Positions 48,419 to 58,155 of a stretch of 64,000 nt of DNA are shown piece by piece (position 1 is the first letter of the stretch; every line of letters begins with the position of its first letter). Below the pieces are notes generated by a model. That model worked only from the letters and a program-made list of their open reading frames with translations, was not told the origin of the DNA and did not search any database. Source of the DNA: Candidatus Omnitrophota bacterium (GTDB lineage: Bacteria; Omnitrophota; Gorgyraeia; Gorgyraeales; Gorgyraeaceae); NCBI GenBank assembly GCA_030649895.1, contig JAUSEX010000030.1:592-64591 (forward strand), given 5' to 3'. The position numbers and the translations under genes were made by a program.

Positions 48419-49546
48419 ATGAAAAATAAATCCGGCGGCATAGAAAATCTGATACGTAGAATGCTGAAAAAACACTCATCTCCTCTTATGCTGATACAGG
48501 AAGACGTGCTTGAGAGGCAATTCAGGGCTTTCCGTAAAGCCCTGCCTGAAGTCACGCCTTACTACGCTATCAAAGCAAATCCTTATCCCGGAATAATTAA
48601 AAAGTTTATTGAATTAGGCGCTGGCTTCGACGTAGCAAGCGCCAACGAGATGAATGTTGTCCTGGAACTCGGAGCAAGCCATGACAAAATAATTTTCGCC
48701 AATACTATAAAATCCCACGAAGATATGCGATCCGCCTGCAAGAAAAAAGTAAAGCTCATGACCTTTGACAATGAGTCGGAATTATACAAAATAGCGAAGG
48801 CCTGCCCGGGCGCAAAAGTCATCATAAGGATCAAGGTGGCAAATATCGGCAGTATCGTAGAGCTCTCTCTTAAATTCGGGGCTGATCCGGAGCAATCGAT
48901 ATCCCTGCTGAAAAAAGCAAGGTCTTTGGGGCTGAAGCCCATGGGCGTAAGTTTTCATGTCGGATCGCAATGCACTAACTCCGAAAATTATTTACAGGCC
49001 CTTGAGGTGTCTTCCGTGATATTCAACGAAGCGAAACAATCAGGGATATTTTTGAACATACTGGATATAGGCGGCGGATTCCCTATAAAACATTTTGACG
49101 CTGACAACCATCTTACATTTGAGCGCATGGCAAGCCAAATAAGGAAAAAATTGCAGAGACTCTTTGACAAAAACGTGAAGTTCATCGCTGAGCCTGGCAG
49201 ATTTTTTGCAGGCCCTGCCGGAATACTCGTAACACAGGTAATAGGGAGGGCTTTTAGAAATAATAAAAACTATTACTACCTCAACGACGGGCTATATGGA
49301 GATTTTTCCGGCATAGTATTTGATCATTGTAAATATGAATTCAAGACCTTAAAAAGAGGCCAAAGATTCTTAAGCACCCTGGCTGGGCCTACGTGCGATT
49401 CATTTGATACGATTTCCTTAAGCGAAGACCTTTCTGAGCTTGATGTGGGCAATGTAGTCTACGTGAAAAATATAGGCGCTTATTCATGTGCAAGCGCTGT
49501 GCCAAACTTCAACGGCTTTAAGCCTGCAAAGATCGTAATGTGCTAG
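48419..49546 (+). CDS. Group IV PLP decarboxylase, carboxynorspermidine-decarboxylase (NspC)-like
   Basis: PYYAIKANP PLP-Lys motif and GGG loop (GGGFP). About 376 aa from the ATG at 48419. Confidence 0.6.
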   Translation: MKNKSGGIENLIRRMLKKHSSPLMLIQEDVLERQFRAFRKALPEVTPYYAIKANPYPGIIKKFIELGAGFDVASANEMNVVLELGASHDKIIFANTIKSHEDMRSACKKKVKLMTFDNESELYKIAKACPGAKVIIRIKVANIGSIVELSLKFGADPEQSISLLKKARSLGLKPMGVSFHVGSQCTNSENYLQALEVSSVIFNEAKQSGIFLNILDIGGGFPIKHFDADNHLTFERMASQIRKKLQRLFDKNVKFIAEPGRFFAGPAGILVTQVIGRAFRNNKNYYYLNDGLYGDFSGIVFDHCKYEFKTLKRGQRFLSTLAGPTCDSFDTISLSEDLSELDVGNVVYVKNIGAYSCASAVPNFNGFKPAKIVMC

Positions 49547-49561
49547 TATATAGCCTATCCG

Positions 49562-49603
49562 ACTCCGTGAATCGCCGTACAGGGCGACTCACGGAGTCGG
49601 ATA
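49562..49603. terminator. GC-rich nested hairpin between convergent genes (ccgactccgtga…tcacggagtcgg)
   Basis: 12-bp outer and 5-bp inner inverted repeats. It overlaps the 3' end of the minus-strand gene. Confidence 0.5.
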
Positions 49604-51298
49604 TTGGTCAAAAAATAAAATACTCCCTACATCGCGAAGCATCCCATCGCATAATTCCACTGCTTTCTTGTCTCTCTTTTTTATAAAATCTCTTATCGCG
49701 TAGCCGTCAGGATGACTTTTTAACACTCCTGTAAAAAATACTTTATCTTTATGGACTCCTGATGCGCCGCCTATAAAACCAGTATCGTAGCCGGGTAATT
49801 TTATATGCCCGGGGGTTACAAGCAGGCTGTTTTTACCCCAGACATCATTTATAGACTTATCGGATGTAATAATACTCTCTCCATCCACAGGCGCAATGGA
49901 ACATTTCGCGTATCCCTGTTTTACTTTTATAAATTTCGCGCTTAGCCTTTCTATATGCTTTTCGATTTTCCCGTCATAGCGGATTATGGATTTTCCAAGG
50001 CTGCATGCGTCGTAAATAATATCCGCGGGATAGGCGGAAGATTTGATGTATTCACCTTTAATGCATTCATAGCCGTTATCTTTTAAAAGCCCTGCTATTT
50101 TTTCCAAATGCGGCTCGTAAATAATTTTTTTACCGTAAGAAAATAACATCATATCAGGATGGCCCCTTACAGGCTTTGCTAATTTTGGATGCATAGGGGC
50201 TTCTGTTATATAATATCCCATCTTCTTTAATCTTATTTTCGCCTTACTGGGCATCCTTGGATCAATAATGGCAATGGATTTTCTTATGTCTTTAACCCTT
50301 ACCATTGTCCACCTACGGGGTGAGCCAGATGGCTCACCCCGTAGGTGGACAGGTGCTCCATAATATTTTTCTAAATATTTTTTTTCTAATCCCCTGTGCC
50401 CGGATATTAGATTAAACATATTTTTAGGCGCGCGTATTTCTATTATTTTGCGATTAGGTATTTTTTTAGCGCCCAAAATATCTCTTATCCTATTGCGCAT
50501 CTGTCTTGCGCGCGCCATCTCTCCAAAGCTCGCATGATATGGCCCCGCGAGGATTATTTTCTTTGAGTTCAAGCACTCTGAAGGATGGAGACCTATGCGT
50601 ATTACTTTCACAGCCCCTTTTTCAAAAATATCTGAAACGCAGGCAGACCACTCTATCGCATCCTCCAACGATAATGGCTTGTACCTGCCTTTTTTAAATA
50701 AATCTCCAAGCCCTGTGCCTTTTAAAACAATAGCAGGATAAATGCGGGCTGTCTTCGGCTCTAATTCTATAAGCTTTTCAGCTGTTCTTATTGATTTTTC
50801 AAGCGTATCCCCTGGCAACCCAAGCATCACCTGGACTCCCAGGTCAAGGCCTGATTTTTTTATAATGCGGGAGGCATTTCTGATTATTTTAAAATCCATC
50901 GCTCTCCTGGATTTTTTTAAAACTTCCGCATCAAGCGATTGCACCCCCAGCTCTACCAGGCAACCCCCCATTTTTTTAAACAACTTCATTGATTTTTCGG
51001 AAATGGCTTCAGGATGAGTAGACATCCTCAATCCTTGTATTTTTTTGCTTTTTACGTAAGGGTAAACCGCTTCGAGATATCTCTGCTGAAGAGATTCAGG
51101 CATAAGCGTAAACGTGCCGCCAAAAAAGGCAAGCTCTGTTCTTTCGTTACGGGAAATAGTGCCAAGATTTCTTTCTATAGAGGACTTTATTTCTTCTGTG
51201 GAAGGCAATTTATCCGCGCCTGATATTTTATGCTGATCACAGTAAATGCACCTGTATGAACAGCCGGCGTGTGGAATAAATATGGGTATGATTTTCAC
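49589..51298 (-). CDS. Radical SAM (Elp3/YhcC-like) domain fused in frame to a roughly 240-aa C-terminal domain of unknown function
   Basis: IFIPHAGCSYRCIYCDQ radical-SAM N-terminus. The domain junction is encoded by a perfect palindrome (50306-50351), immediately followed by MVRV… preceded by an AGGTGG Shine-Dalgarno. Confidence 0.5.
   Translation of the reverse strand: MKIIPIFIPHAGCSYRCIYCDQHKISGADKLPSTEEIKSSIERNLGTISRNERTELAFFGGTFTLMPESLQQRYLEAVYPYVKSKKIQGLRMSTHPEAISEKSMKLFKKMGGCLVELGVQSLDAEVLKKSRRAMDFKIIRNASRIIKKSGLDLGVQVMLGLPGDTLEKSIRTAEKLIELEPKTARIYPAIVLKGTGLGDLFKKGRYKPLSLEDAIEWSACVSDIFEKGAVKVIRIGLHPSECLNSKKIILAGPYHASFGEMARARQMRNRIRDILGAKKIPNRKIIEIRAPKNMFNLISGHRGLEKKYLEKYYGAPVHLRGEPSGSPRRWTMVRVKDIRKSIAIIDPRMPSKAKIRLKKMGYYITEAPMHPKLAKPVRGHPDMMLFSYGKKIIYEPHLEKIAGLLKDNGYECIKGEYIKSSAYPADIIYDACSLGKSIIRYDGKIEKHIERLSAKFIKVKQGYAKCSIAPVDGESIITSDKSINDVWGKNSLLVTPGHIKLPGYDTGFIGGASGVHKDKVFFTGVLKSHPDGYAIRDFIKKRDKKAVELCDGMLRDVGSILFFDQYPTP
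50306..50351. repeat. Perfect 21-bp-arm GC-rich inverted repeat (tgtccacctacggggtgagcc-agat-ggctcaccccgtaggtggaca) embedded in frame in a CDS
   Basis: Read directly from the sequence. The arms are roughly 65% GC against a much lower-GC background. It encodes …HLRGEPSGSPRRWT… at the domain linker. Confidence 0.7.
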
Positions 51299-51625
51299 TT
51301 ATTGCTTATGGAATAGGACCGTAAAAACCATTACAAGCGTAAAAAAGAAAAAATTTATATAGGTAAACGTCTTATAGACTACATCAGGGCTTTGTATGCC
51401 GGCTGGAAACATCGCCAGGAAGCAAAACCATACGCCCAGCGCCCATGGAATACTGAGGTCCTTGGATGAGCGGCGTTTTATAATCCTCACTATAAGAGGG
51501 ATATTCCAGAGAGGCAACATAATACTTGCTATGAGAGCTATTTTTTGTATCATTTCAAAAGATAACTTCTTAACTCCCCGCCAGAGAACTATTGGCGGGT
51601 CGTTCGAAAAATATTGTTCGAGCAA
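51299..51625 (-). CDS. Small membrane protein (3 TM helices) of unknown function
   Basis: Hydrophobicity only. Confidence 0.3.
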   Translation of the reverse strand: MLEQYFSNDPPIVLWRGVKKLSFEMIQKIALIASIMLPLWNIPLIVRIIKRRSSKDLSIPWALGVWFCFLAMFPAGIQSPDVVYKTFTYINFFFFTLVMVFTVLFHKQ

Positions 51626-51634
51626 AGTCGAGAA

Positions 51635-52606
51635 TTATGCCTTGCCTGCGGAGCCCAGGACATGCTCGTTTTTGTGTTTATACATTTTTACAAGTTCATC
51701 CCTCGCAGGGCCCAAGTATTTACGCGGGTCAAATTCTTTGGGATTTAAGGCAAATACCTCTCTTATCTTGGCTGTCATTGCCAAGCGGCCGTCTGAATCA
51801 ATATTTATTTTACAGACAGCGGATGTGGTGGCTTTTCTCAACTGTTCTTCGGGAACTCCAGCTGTATTTTCAAGCTTTCCGCCGTATTTATTTATAAGGT
51901 CTACGTATTCTTTTGTGACGGAACTCGCGCCGTGCAGGACTATCGGAAAACTAGGTATTCTTTTCTCAACCTCTTCCAATATATCAAATCTCAGAGGCGG
52001 AACGCTTTCTCCTGGTTTTAATTTAAATTTATACGCGCCGTGGGAAGTGCCTATGGAGATCGCAAGGCTGTCAACGCCTGTTTTCTTTACAAAGTCCTCC
52101 ACCTCTTCGGGATGAGTGTAATGGCTGGCTTCATGGCTGACTTCGTCTTCTATCCCCGCCAATACTCCGAGCTCGCCTTCCACTGTAACGTCGTATCTAT
52201 GCGCATATTCAACTACTTTTTTAGTAAGGACCACATTGTCTTCGTACGTATGCGCTGAGCCGTCTATCATGACAGAAGAAAATCCTGACTCTATGCAAGA
52301 AACGCAGAGTTCGTAAGTATCTCCGTGGTCCAGGTGAAGCGCCACAGGGATGTTGGAGCCGGCTGATTTTATTATTTCCATAGAGCCCATTGCCATGTGC
52401 CTCAGCAAGATCTGGTTTGCGTATTTCCTGGCGCCTGAAGAAACTTGTAGAATAACAGGAGACTTCGTCTCTATGCAGGCGGTGACTATTGCCTGGAGCT
52501 GCTCCATGTTATTAAAATTATAGGCTGGAATAGCGTATTTGCCAGCCATTGCCTTTTTAAACATATCCCTTGTGTTAACCAGCCCTAAATCTTTGTAAGA
52601 ATGCAT
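51635..52606 (-). CDS. fba: Class II fructose-bisphosphate aldolase
   Basis: LHLDHG…, GAS and HGAS Zn-binding motifs. Start at 52606 behind the leader cassette. Confidence 0.8.
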   Translation of the reverse strand: MHSYKDLGLVNTRDMFKKAMAGKYAIPAYNFNNMEQLQAIVTACIETKSPVILQVSSGARKYANQILLRHMAMGSMEIIKSAGSNIPVALHLDHGDTYELCVSCIESGFSSVMIDGSAHTYEDNVVLTKKVVEYAHRYDVTVEGELGVLAGIEDEVSHEASHYTHPEEVEDFVKKTGVDSLAISIGTSHGAYKFKLKPGESVPPLRFDILEEVEKRIPSFPIVLHGASSVTKEYVDLINKYGGKLENTAGVPEEQLRKATTSAVCKINIDSDGRLAMTAKIREVFALNPKEFDPRKYLGPARDELVKMYKHKNEHVLGSAGKA

Positions 52607-52611
52607 AAAAT

Positions 52612-52648
52612 CCTCCCAAAAAAATTTTGTGGAACAAAATTTGATCCC
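52612..52648 (-). promoter_or_regulatory. Recurrent dyad leader cassette with perfect 9-3-9 arms
   Basis: Gene-sense sequence is GGGATCAAATTTTGTTCCACAAAATTTTTTTGGGAGGattttATG. Confidence 0.5.
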
Positions 52649-52730
52649 GAGCAAGCCTAATAATGCGACAGATAGAAGTATTACAGACGAAACAAAGGAC
52701 CTTTTTGATTTCGTTTATTATACCACCATA

Positions 52731-53702
52731 CTAAACATTGGTCAATTTTCTAAAAGACCGGATAATCTCCAGCATTTCTTCTTTTGTCCTGGCGCGGAAA
52801 GCCTTTTCCCTGAAAGGCCTGACACTTGGCACTCCCTTTGTGTACCACGCGAAAAATTTATGAAACCTTCTTACGCCATGAGCTTCGTCATAGAAATCAA
52901 TATAAGAATTCATATGCTCTATCATGATATCAGCTATCTCGTCAATGCCTGGTTTTTTTATTATCTTTTTATTTTTTAGGAACGCCTTTATCTGCTCGAA
53001 GATCCAGGGATTCCCAAGCGCGCCGCGCGCCACCAGAAGGCCATCGCATCCTGTTTCATCCAGCATTCTTTTAGCCAACTCCGGACTAAACACATCCCCG
53101 CTTCCGATAACGGGTATGCTCAGGGCCTTTTTTACATCCTTTATGGCGCCGTAATCCACTTCTCCGCTGTAACCTTGCTCCCTGTTCCTTCCGTGGATAA
53201 ATAAAGCGCTTACGCCTGCGTCCTGGCTCGCAAGAGCCGCATCTTTTGCGTTTATAGAAGAGCTGTCCCAGCCTGTGCGTATTTTTACAGTAACAGGCTT
53301 GGTAGAATTTTTGACAATAAGTTTTAAAAGCTTATTCAGCTTCTCGGGGTCTTTTAATAATGCAGCGCCTTCGCCGCGCCTTGCAACTTTTTTCACAGGA
53401 CAAGCTGCGTTAAAATCCAGGATATCGTATTCGTAAGAGCCAAGCACGTTCAACGCCCTGGATATAAATTCTTCTTCGCAGCCTATAATCTGTATGCCTA
53501 GAGGCCTGTCCTCAGCGCTCGTAGAAAGCATTTTCTTGGTCTTTTTCATTTTATAGCTTAAGGATCTGACATTTATCATTTCTATAAAGCCAAGCTCGCA
53601 TCCGAACCTGCGGGTTAAAAGCCTGAAAGGCAAATCGCTTACCCCGGCCATAGGCGCAAGTATGAGATTTGATCTTAATTTTAACTTCCCGATTTTAAAC
53701 AT
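52731..53702 (-). CDS. dus: tRNA-dihydrouridine synthase
   Basis: LAPMAGVSDLPFR N-terminus and a TIM-barrel FMN-binding pattern. Confidence 0.8.
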   Translation of the reverse strand: MFKIGKLKLRSNLILAPMAGVSDLPFRLLTRRFGCELGFIEMINVRSLSYKMKKTKKMLSTSAEDRPLGIQIIGCEEEFISRALNVLGSYEYDILDFNAACPVKKVARRGEGAALLKDPEKLNKLLKLIVKNSTKPVTVKIRTGWDSSSINAKDAALASQDAGVSALFIHGRNREQGYSGEVDYGAIKDVKKALSIPVIGSGDVFSPELAKRMLDETGCDGLLVARGALGNPWIFEQIKAFLKNKKIIKKPGIDEIADIMIEHMNSYIDFYDEAHGVRRFHKFFAWYTKGVPSVRPFREKAFRARTKEEMLEIIRSFRKLTNV

Positions 53703-53744
53703 ATCTCTTATTTTACCTCATACCATTGATTTTTTGTAAATTAT

Positions 53745-54806
53745 ATGCTATATTATGATTCTTATATGAAAACTAAAAAGCCGCCAAGAAAAAATAAAAA
53801 AAGCCACAAGTCGTACAGGGATCTGAAATCCACGCTTTCTCTTGAAAGAGAACTCCTTCAGAACCTTTTAGACAATATCCCTGACGCCATATACTTTAAA
53901 GATGCCGACAATAGGATCATCCGGGTAAACAAATTTTACGCTGAAGGCTTTAATCTGTCCCCTGAAGACATCGTAGGCAAGACTGATTTCGACTTCTTCC
54001 CCAAAGACCAGGCGCAGAGGATGTTCGAGGACGACATATATGTGCTTAAGACCGGCAGGCCTATTATAGGTAAAATCGAGCGCACGCTGTTGCCTAACGG
54101 CACGCATAACTGCGTCACCACCACAAAGATCCCGATAAAAAATAAAGAAGGCAAAGTCATCGGCACCCTGGGGGTAACAAGGGATATAACAGCTTATGAC
54201 AACACCGAGCGCACAAACCTTGACATGATAATAAACTCCCTCAAGGTCCTGGATAAAATACTTGAGACCAAAGACCCGTATACATTCGGCCACACAAGGC
54301 GCGTCTCTCTTATTGCCGAAAGAATAGCCAAAGAGCTCGGATGGGAAGAAAGCAGGATCCTGGAATTAAAGATGTCCGCGGAACTGCACGATATAGGTAA
54401 AATTCTGATACCTCTTGAGATACTCAATAAGCCCGGAAAGCTATCAGACCTGGAATATAAAATGGTGCAGGAACATGTACAGCAAAGCTATGACATGCTT
54501 ATACCTTACTCATTCCCTTCGCAGCTGCCCGAGGCGATATACCAGCATCACGAGAGGCTGGACGGGAAAGGCTATCCCAGAGGCCTGGCAGCTGATAAAA
54601 TTTTACCGGAAGCGAAAATACTGGCTATATGCGACGTCCTGGAAGCCATGATATCGCACAGGCCTTACAGACAGGCATTGGGCATGGACGTAACGCTGCA
54701 TGAGTTAAGAGACAACGCGGGCAATAAATACGACAAGGAAGTCGTAGACGTCGTTTTAAGAATAATCGGCGAAAATAACAACAAGCCTTTTTGGTCAAAT
54801 TCATAA
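53745..54806 (+). CDS. PAS-domain HD-GYP phosphodiesterase
   Basis: PAS N-terminus, HD…HDIGK and HHERLDGKGYPRGL HD-GYP signature. Confidence 0.75.
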   Translation: MLYYDSYMKTKKPPRKNKKSHKSYRDLKSTLSLERELLQNLLDNIPDAIYFKDADNRIIRVNKFYAEGFNLSPEDIVGKTDFDFFPKDQAQRMFEDDIYVLKTGRPIIGKIERTLLPNGTHNCVTTTKIPIKNKEGKVIGTLGVTRDITAYDNTERTNLDMIINSLKVLDKILETKDPYTFGHTRRVSLIAERIAKELGWEESRILELKMSAELHDIGKILIPLEILNKPGKLSDLEYKMVQEHVQQSYDMLIPYSFPSQLPEAIYQHHERLDGKGYPRGLAADKILPEAKILAICDVLEAMISHRPYRQALGMDVTLHELRDNAGNKYDKEVVDVVLRIIGENNNKPFWSNS

Positions 54807-56143
54807 CATCCTCTGCATCTCCATATAAAAAGATATTACTTATAATGTCGCCCCCCTTCTGGCCGAAGATGCCGCCTATAGGCATAGGTTGTCTACAGGC
54901 ATTCCTGACGGATAATGACATCGGCTGCGATATATTGGATATAAATAATATATTTTATAATCTTAGTGCCGGCGAACTTAAAAAATCGTGGCTAGTGAGC
55001 TGCAATACATTTCTGGAAGAAAACATTTTCGAGCTGATGCAGAAAAACCATCCTGAAAAATTCAAATCTCTTGTGGATAAAATGCTGGCGTATGAAGTAA
55101 TAGGGTTCTCTTGTTTCAAAAGCAATATTCACAGCACGCTAAAATTTGCAAAACTCCTCAAATCCAGGAATAAAGATATAAAAATAATATTCGGCGGGCC
55201 TGAGATGACAAGAGAATATTTCAAAAAATCCCGTAAGATTAAAGACGCGGCTGACTTTACAGTGGTCGGTGAAGGCGAGAAAGGGCTTCTGAGCTATATT
55301 AAAAACCCTTCTGCGAAAAATAGAATAACGTTATTTTCAGAAATGACTAACTTGGATAAAACAGCCTTCCCCGTCTATAAAGGCCTTGATATGGCTTCGT
55401 ATCCGCGTAAAAACAGCGCCTCCATGCTGTTTTCAAGGGGATGCGTGAGAAAATGCAGGTTTTGCTCTGAAAGGCTTCTTTATAAAAAATTCAGGGTAAG
55501 GCGCGTTAAAAACGTGATCGAAGAAATCCGATATCATAAATCAAAAAATAAAATAGAGTGCTTCGTATTCCACGACTCTCTTGTAAACGGCGATCTCAAA
55601 AAACTCGAAGAGCTCTGCGCCAAGATAATCAAAAACTTCCGGTCTGTCAACTGGGAAGCGCAGATTGCAGTGCGTAACGACATGAACCAGGCGCTATTGG
55701 AAAAAATGAAAAAAAGCGGGTGCTATAACCTGTTCGTAGGCCTGGAATCAGGTTCCAGCAGGACATTAAAAAATATGAATAAAGGTTTTACGCCGGAAGA
55801 TGCTGTGAGGTTTTTTAAAAAATTAAATAAGGCTGGTTTATTTTTCGGGGTAAGCGTTATAATAGGCTACCCAGGGGAAACAGAGGCGGAATTCGGGGAA
55901 AGCCTGGACTTTATTATAAAAAATAAACCTCTTATACCGAAAATCGAACAGGTAAACCCGTTCACTTATTACGATGGCATAAGCGCTGGAAAAATCGCTG
56001 AGAAAAATGCCTTAAAAAGGCTGGATATTTTTATAAAGGAAATAAAAGCGCATGGCTTCAAATACACCAACGCCTTTTTGGGTAATCTTATAGAAAAAAA
56101 CCTTCCCGCTCCAACCTTCCTGCTCGGAAAACAGGACGGTTAG
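54791..56143 (+). CDS. B12-binding-domain radical SAM enzyme (class B)
   Basis: KKILLI… cobalamin-binding Rossmann N-domain and SRGCVRKCRFCSE radical-SAM motif. TTG start at 54791 overlaps the HD-GYP gene end; an ATG alternative lies at 54845. Confidence 0.65.
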   Translation: MVKFITSSASPYKKILLIMSPPFWPKMPPIGIGCLQAFLTDNDIGCDILDINNIFYNLSAGELKKSWLVSCNTFLEENIFELMQKNHPEKFKSLVDKMLAYEVIGFSCFKSNIHSTLKFAKLLKSRNKDIKIIFGGPEMTREYFKKSRKIKDAADFTVVGEGEKGLLSYIKNPSAKNRITLFSEMTNLDKTAFPVYKGLDMASYPRKNSASMLFSRGCVRKCRFCSERLLYKKFRVRRVKNVIEEIRYHKSKNKIECFVFHDSLVNGDLKKLEELCAKIIKNFRSVNWEAQIAVRNDMNQALLEKMKKSGCYNLFVGLESGSSRTLKNMNKGFTPEDAVRFFKKLNKAGLFFGVSVIIGYPGETEAEFGESLDFIIKNKPLIPKIEQVNPFTYYDGISAGKIAEKNALKRLDIFIKEIKAHGFKYTNAFLGNLIEKNLPAPTFLLGKQDG

Positions 56144-56154
56144 AACAGCTAAAT

Positions 56155-56997
56155 ATGATCGAATACAAAGAAGTTAAAATCTCCAGGATACTTAATCCTA
56201 CAGGTATTGACCTCGGCGAATACGTTATAAATCCCTTCATGGGATGCGAATATTCCTGCCTTTACTGCTACGTAAGGTCTAACAAGGTCATAGCTAAGCG
56301 CGAAGGCGAATGGGGTAAATATGTGGATATAAGAATAAACGCTCCGGATTTATTGGAAAAAGAGCTGCTGGCGAAAAAACCGAAATGCGTGCTTTTAGGC
56401 TCCACCACAGACTGTTTCCAGCCGATCGAAACAAAATATATGGTTACAAAAAAGATCCTGGAGATTCTGAATAAACATAAAGTATATTACCATATACTTA
56501 CAAGGTCCCCTGCTGTTGCGGAATACGCGGATTTACTGAAACAGGGCTTTTGTAAAAAAATCTACTTTACGATAAATAACATTACGCCTGAGCTTAAAAA
56601 TAAACTTGAGCCAAAAAGTCCGGGGTTCGAGCCAAGGATCAAAGCCATTAACAAAATGCTGAATGAAGATATATCCGTAATCCCTTATTTCTCGCCCATC
56701 CTGCCCTGGATATCTGACTTCAAAGACATCTTCAGCCGCTTTCCAAAATCAAATTCAGTGGAATTTGAAGGTTTAAACATGAATCTCGTCAATATAAACG
56801 ATATAATATCCGGGGTATCCTCTATCTATCCCGCCCTAAGGCCGGGATACGAGGAACTGCTCAAAGACAGGACCTTTTACGATTCCTTCTGGGCTAGTAT
56901 AAAAAAAGATATAATTAGAGAAGCAATAAAGGCAAAAAAGAATTATAATATATACATTCACAACTTCCGCGGTTACTTCACCAACAAATACAACTAG
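56155..56997 (+). CDS. Radical SAM protein, SplB-like (COG1533 family)
   Basis: INPFMGCEYSCLYCYV CxxxCxYCY motif near the N-terminus. Confidence 0.55.
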   Translation: MIEYKEVKISRILNPTGIDLGEYVINPFMGCEYSCLYCYVRSNKVIAKREGEWGKYVDIRINAPDLLEKELLAKKPKCVLLGSTTDCFQPIETKYMVTKKILEILNKHKVYYHILTRSPAVAEYADLLKQGFCKKIYFTINNITPELKNKLEPKSPGFEPRIKAINKMLNEDISVIPYFSPILPWISDFKDIFSRFPKSNSVEFEGLNMNLVNINDIISGVSSIYPALRPGYEELLKDRTFYDSFWASIKKDIIREAIKAKKNYNIYIHNFRGYFTNKYN

Positions 56998-57051
56998 AAA
57001 ATCAACAATGTTGTTTCTCTGGTTGTTTGAGGAATAATAAAGAGAAAAGCC

Positions 57052-58155
57052 ATGAAAAGCGAAGTATTTTTTATAGAGGTTAAGCCCTCCGATCCGGAAG
57101 CAAGGCGCAACGCGCTTCAGAAATTGCTCGAAAGGGTAAATCCATTCAGCGATTACAAAAAGGACGAGTTTATTCCTCTGAAACTAACCATCGGAGACAG
57201 TCAATGTGTTTATAACGTGCACCCGGAGCTGGTAAAGATAATAGTATCCGAAATAAAAAAATTTAAGGCAAAGCCTTTTTTATTCGACACAAACGTTATA
57301 TATAAAGGAGAGCGGCTGAATGCAATAGACCATTTGGCCCTGGCGCAGAGCAAGGGATTCGGCTACACAAAAGTAGGCGCGCCTTTTATAATAGCTGACG
57401 GGGCCTTTGGCCAGGACGGGAAAGAGCACGCGATAGATTCTGATTATATTAAAAAAATAAAAATCCCTTCTTTTATAGGCTCCCTAGACAGCCTTGTGGT
57501 GTTATCGCACGCTACAGGCCATATTTTATCAGGTTACGCCGGCGCCATAAAAAATATCGCGATGGGCATGGTTTCAAAGCCTTCTAAGCAAGTCCAGCAT
57601 TCATCCTTGAAGCCTCACGTGATTGAAAAAAAATGCACCAGCTGCGGGTGCTGTATAAAGATATGCCCTGCCCAAGCCATATCTAGTGACACTTTACGTT
57701 CGCCGAATAAAGCTCCGTTCGACAAACATAAAGCGTCACATGCAGTTATTGACCAGACAAAGTGCATCGGGTGCGGGGAATGCCTATCGGCGTGCAAATT
57801 CGACGCTGTATTCATAAACTGGTCTGAAGACCACGATGTATTCGCAAAGCGCCTGATAGATACGGCGCATTTCATCCTTTCAAAGTTTAAAAATAAACTT
57901 TTTATAACATTCGGCTTTGACATCACGAAGGAATGCGACTGCATATCAACTAAAAATGAGCTGATATTTTCTGAAAATATAGGTATCCTCGCGTCTCATG
58001 ATCCCCTAGCCATAGATAAGGCAATGGTCGATCTTGTAAATAGCGATAAGGATCTATTCAAAGAAACGGGCCTGCTGGACACGCATAAGACAATATTTGA
58101 ATACGGGCGGAAAAAAGGACTTGGCAATACTGACTATATCCTTGTAAAAATATGA
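57052..58155 (+). CDS. DUF362-domain protein with an inserted 2x[4Fe-4S] ferredoxin domain
   Basis: CTSCGCCIKICP and CIGCGECLSAC motifs within a DUF362-like scaffold. Confidence 0.5.
   Translation: MKSEVFFIEVKPSDPEARRNALQKLLERVNPFSDYKKDEFIPLKLTIGDSQCVYNVHPELVKIIVSEIKKFKAKPFLFDTNVIYKGERLNAIDHLALAQSKGFGYTKVGAPFIIADGAFGQDGKEHAIDSDYIKKIKIPSFIGSLDSLVVLSHATGHILSGYAGAIKNIAMGMVSKPSKQVQHSSLKPHVIEKKCTSCGCCIKICPAQAISSDTLRSPNKAPFDKHKASHAVIDQTKCIGCGECLSACKFDAVFINWSEDHDVFAKRLIDTAHFILSKFKNKLFITFGFDITKECDCISTKNELIFSENIGILASHDPLAIDKAMVDLVNSDKDLFKETGLLDTHKTIFEYGRKKGLGNTDYILVKI

Noticed and set aside
52040-52258. 72-aa plus-strand ORF inside fba
   Set aside because: Antisense shadow ORF within a class II aldolase gene that has clear Zn-binding motifs.
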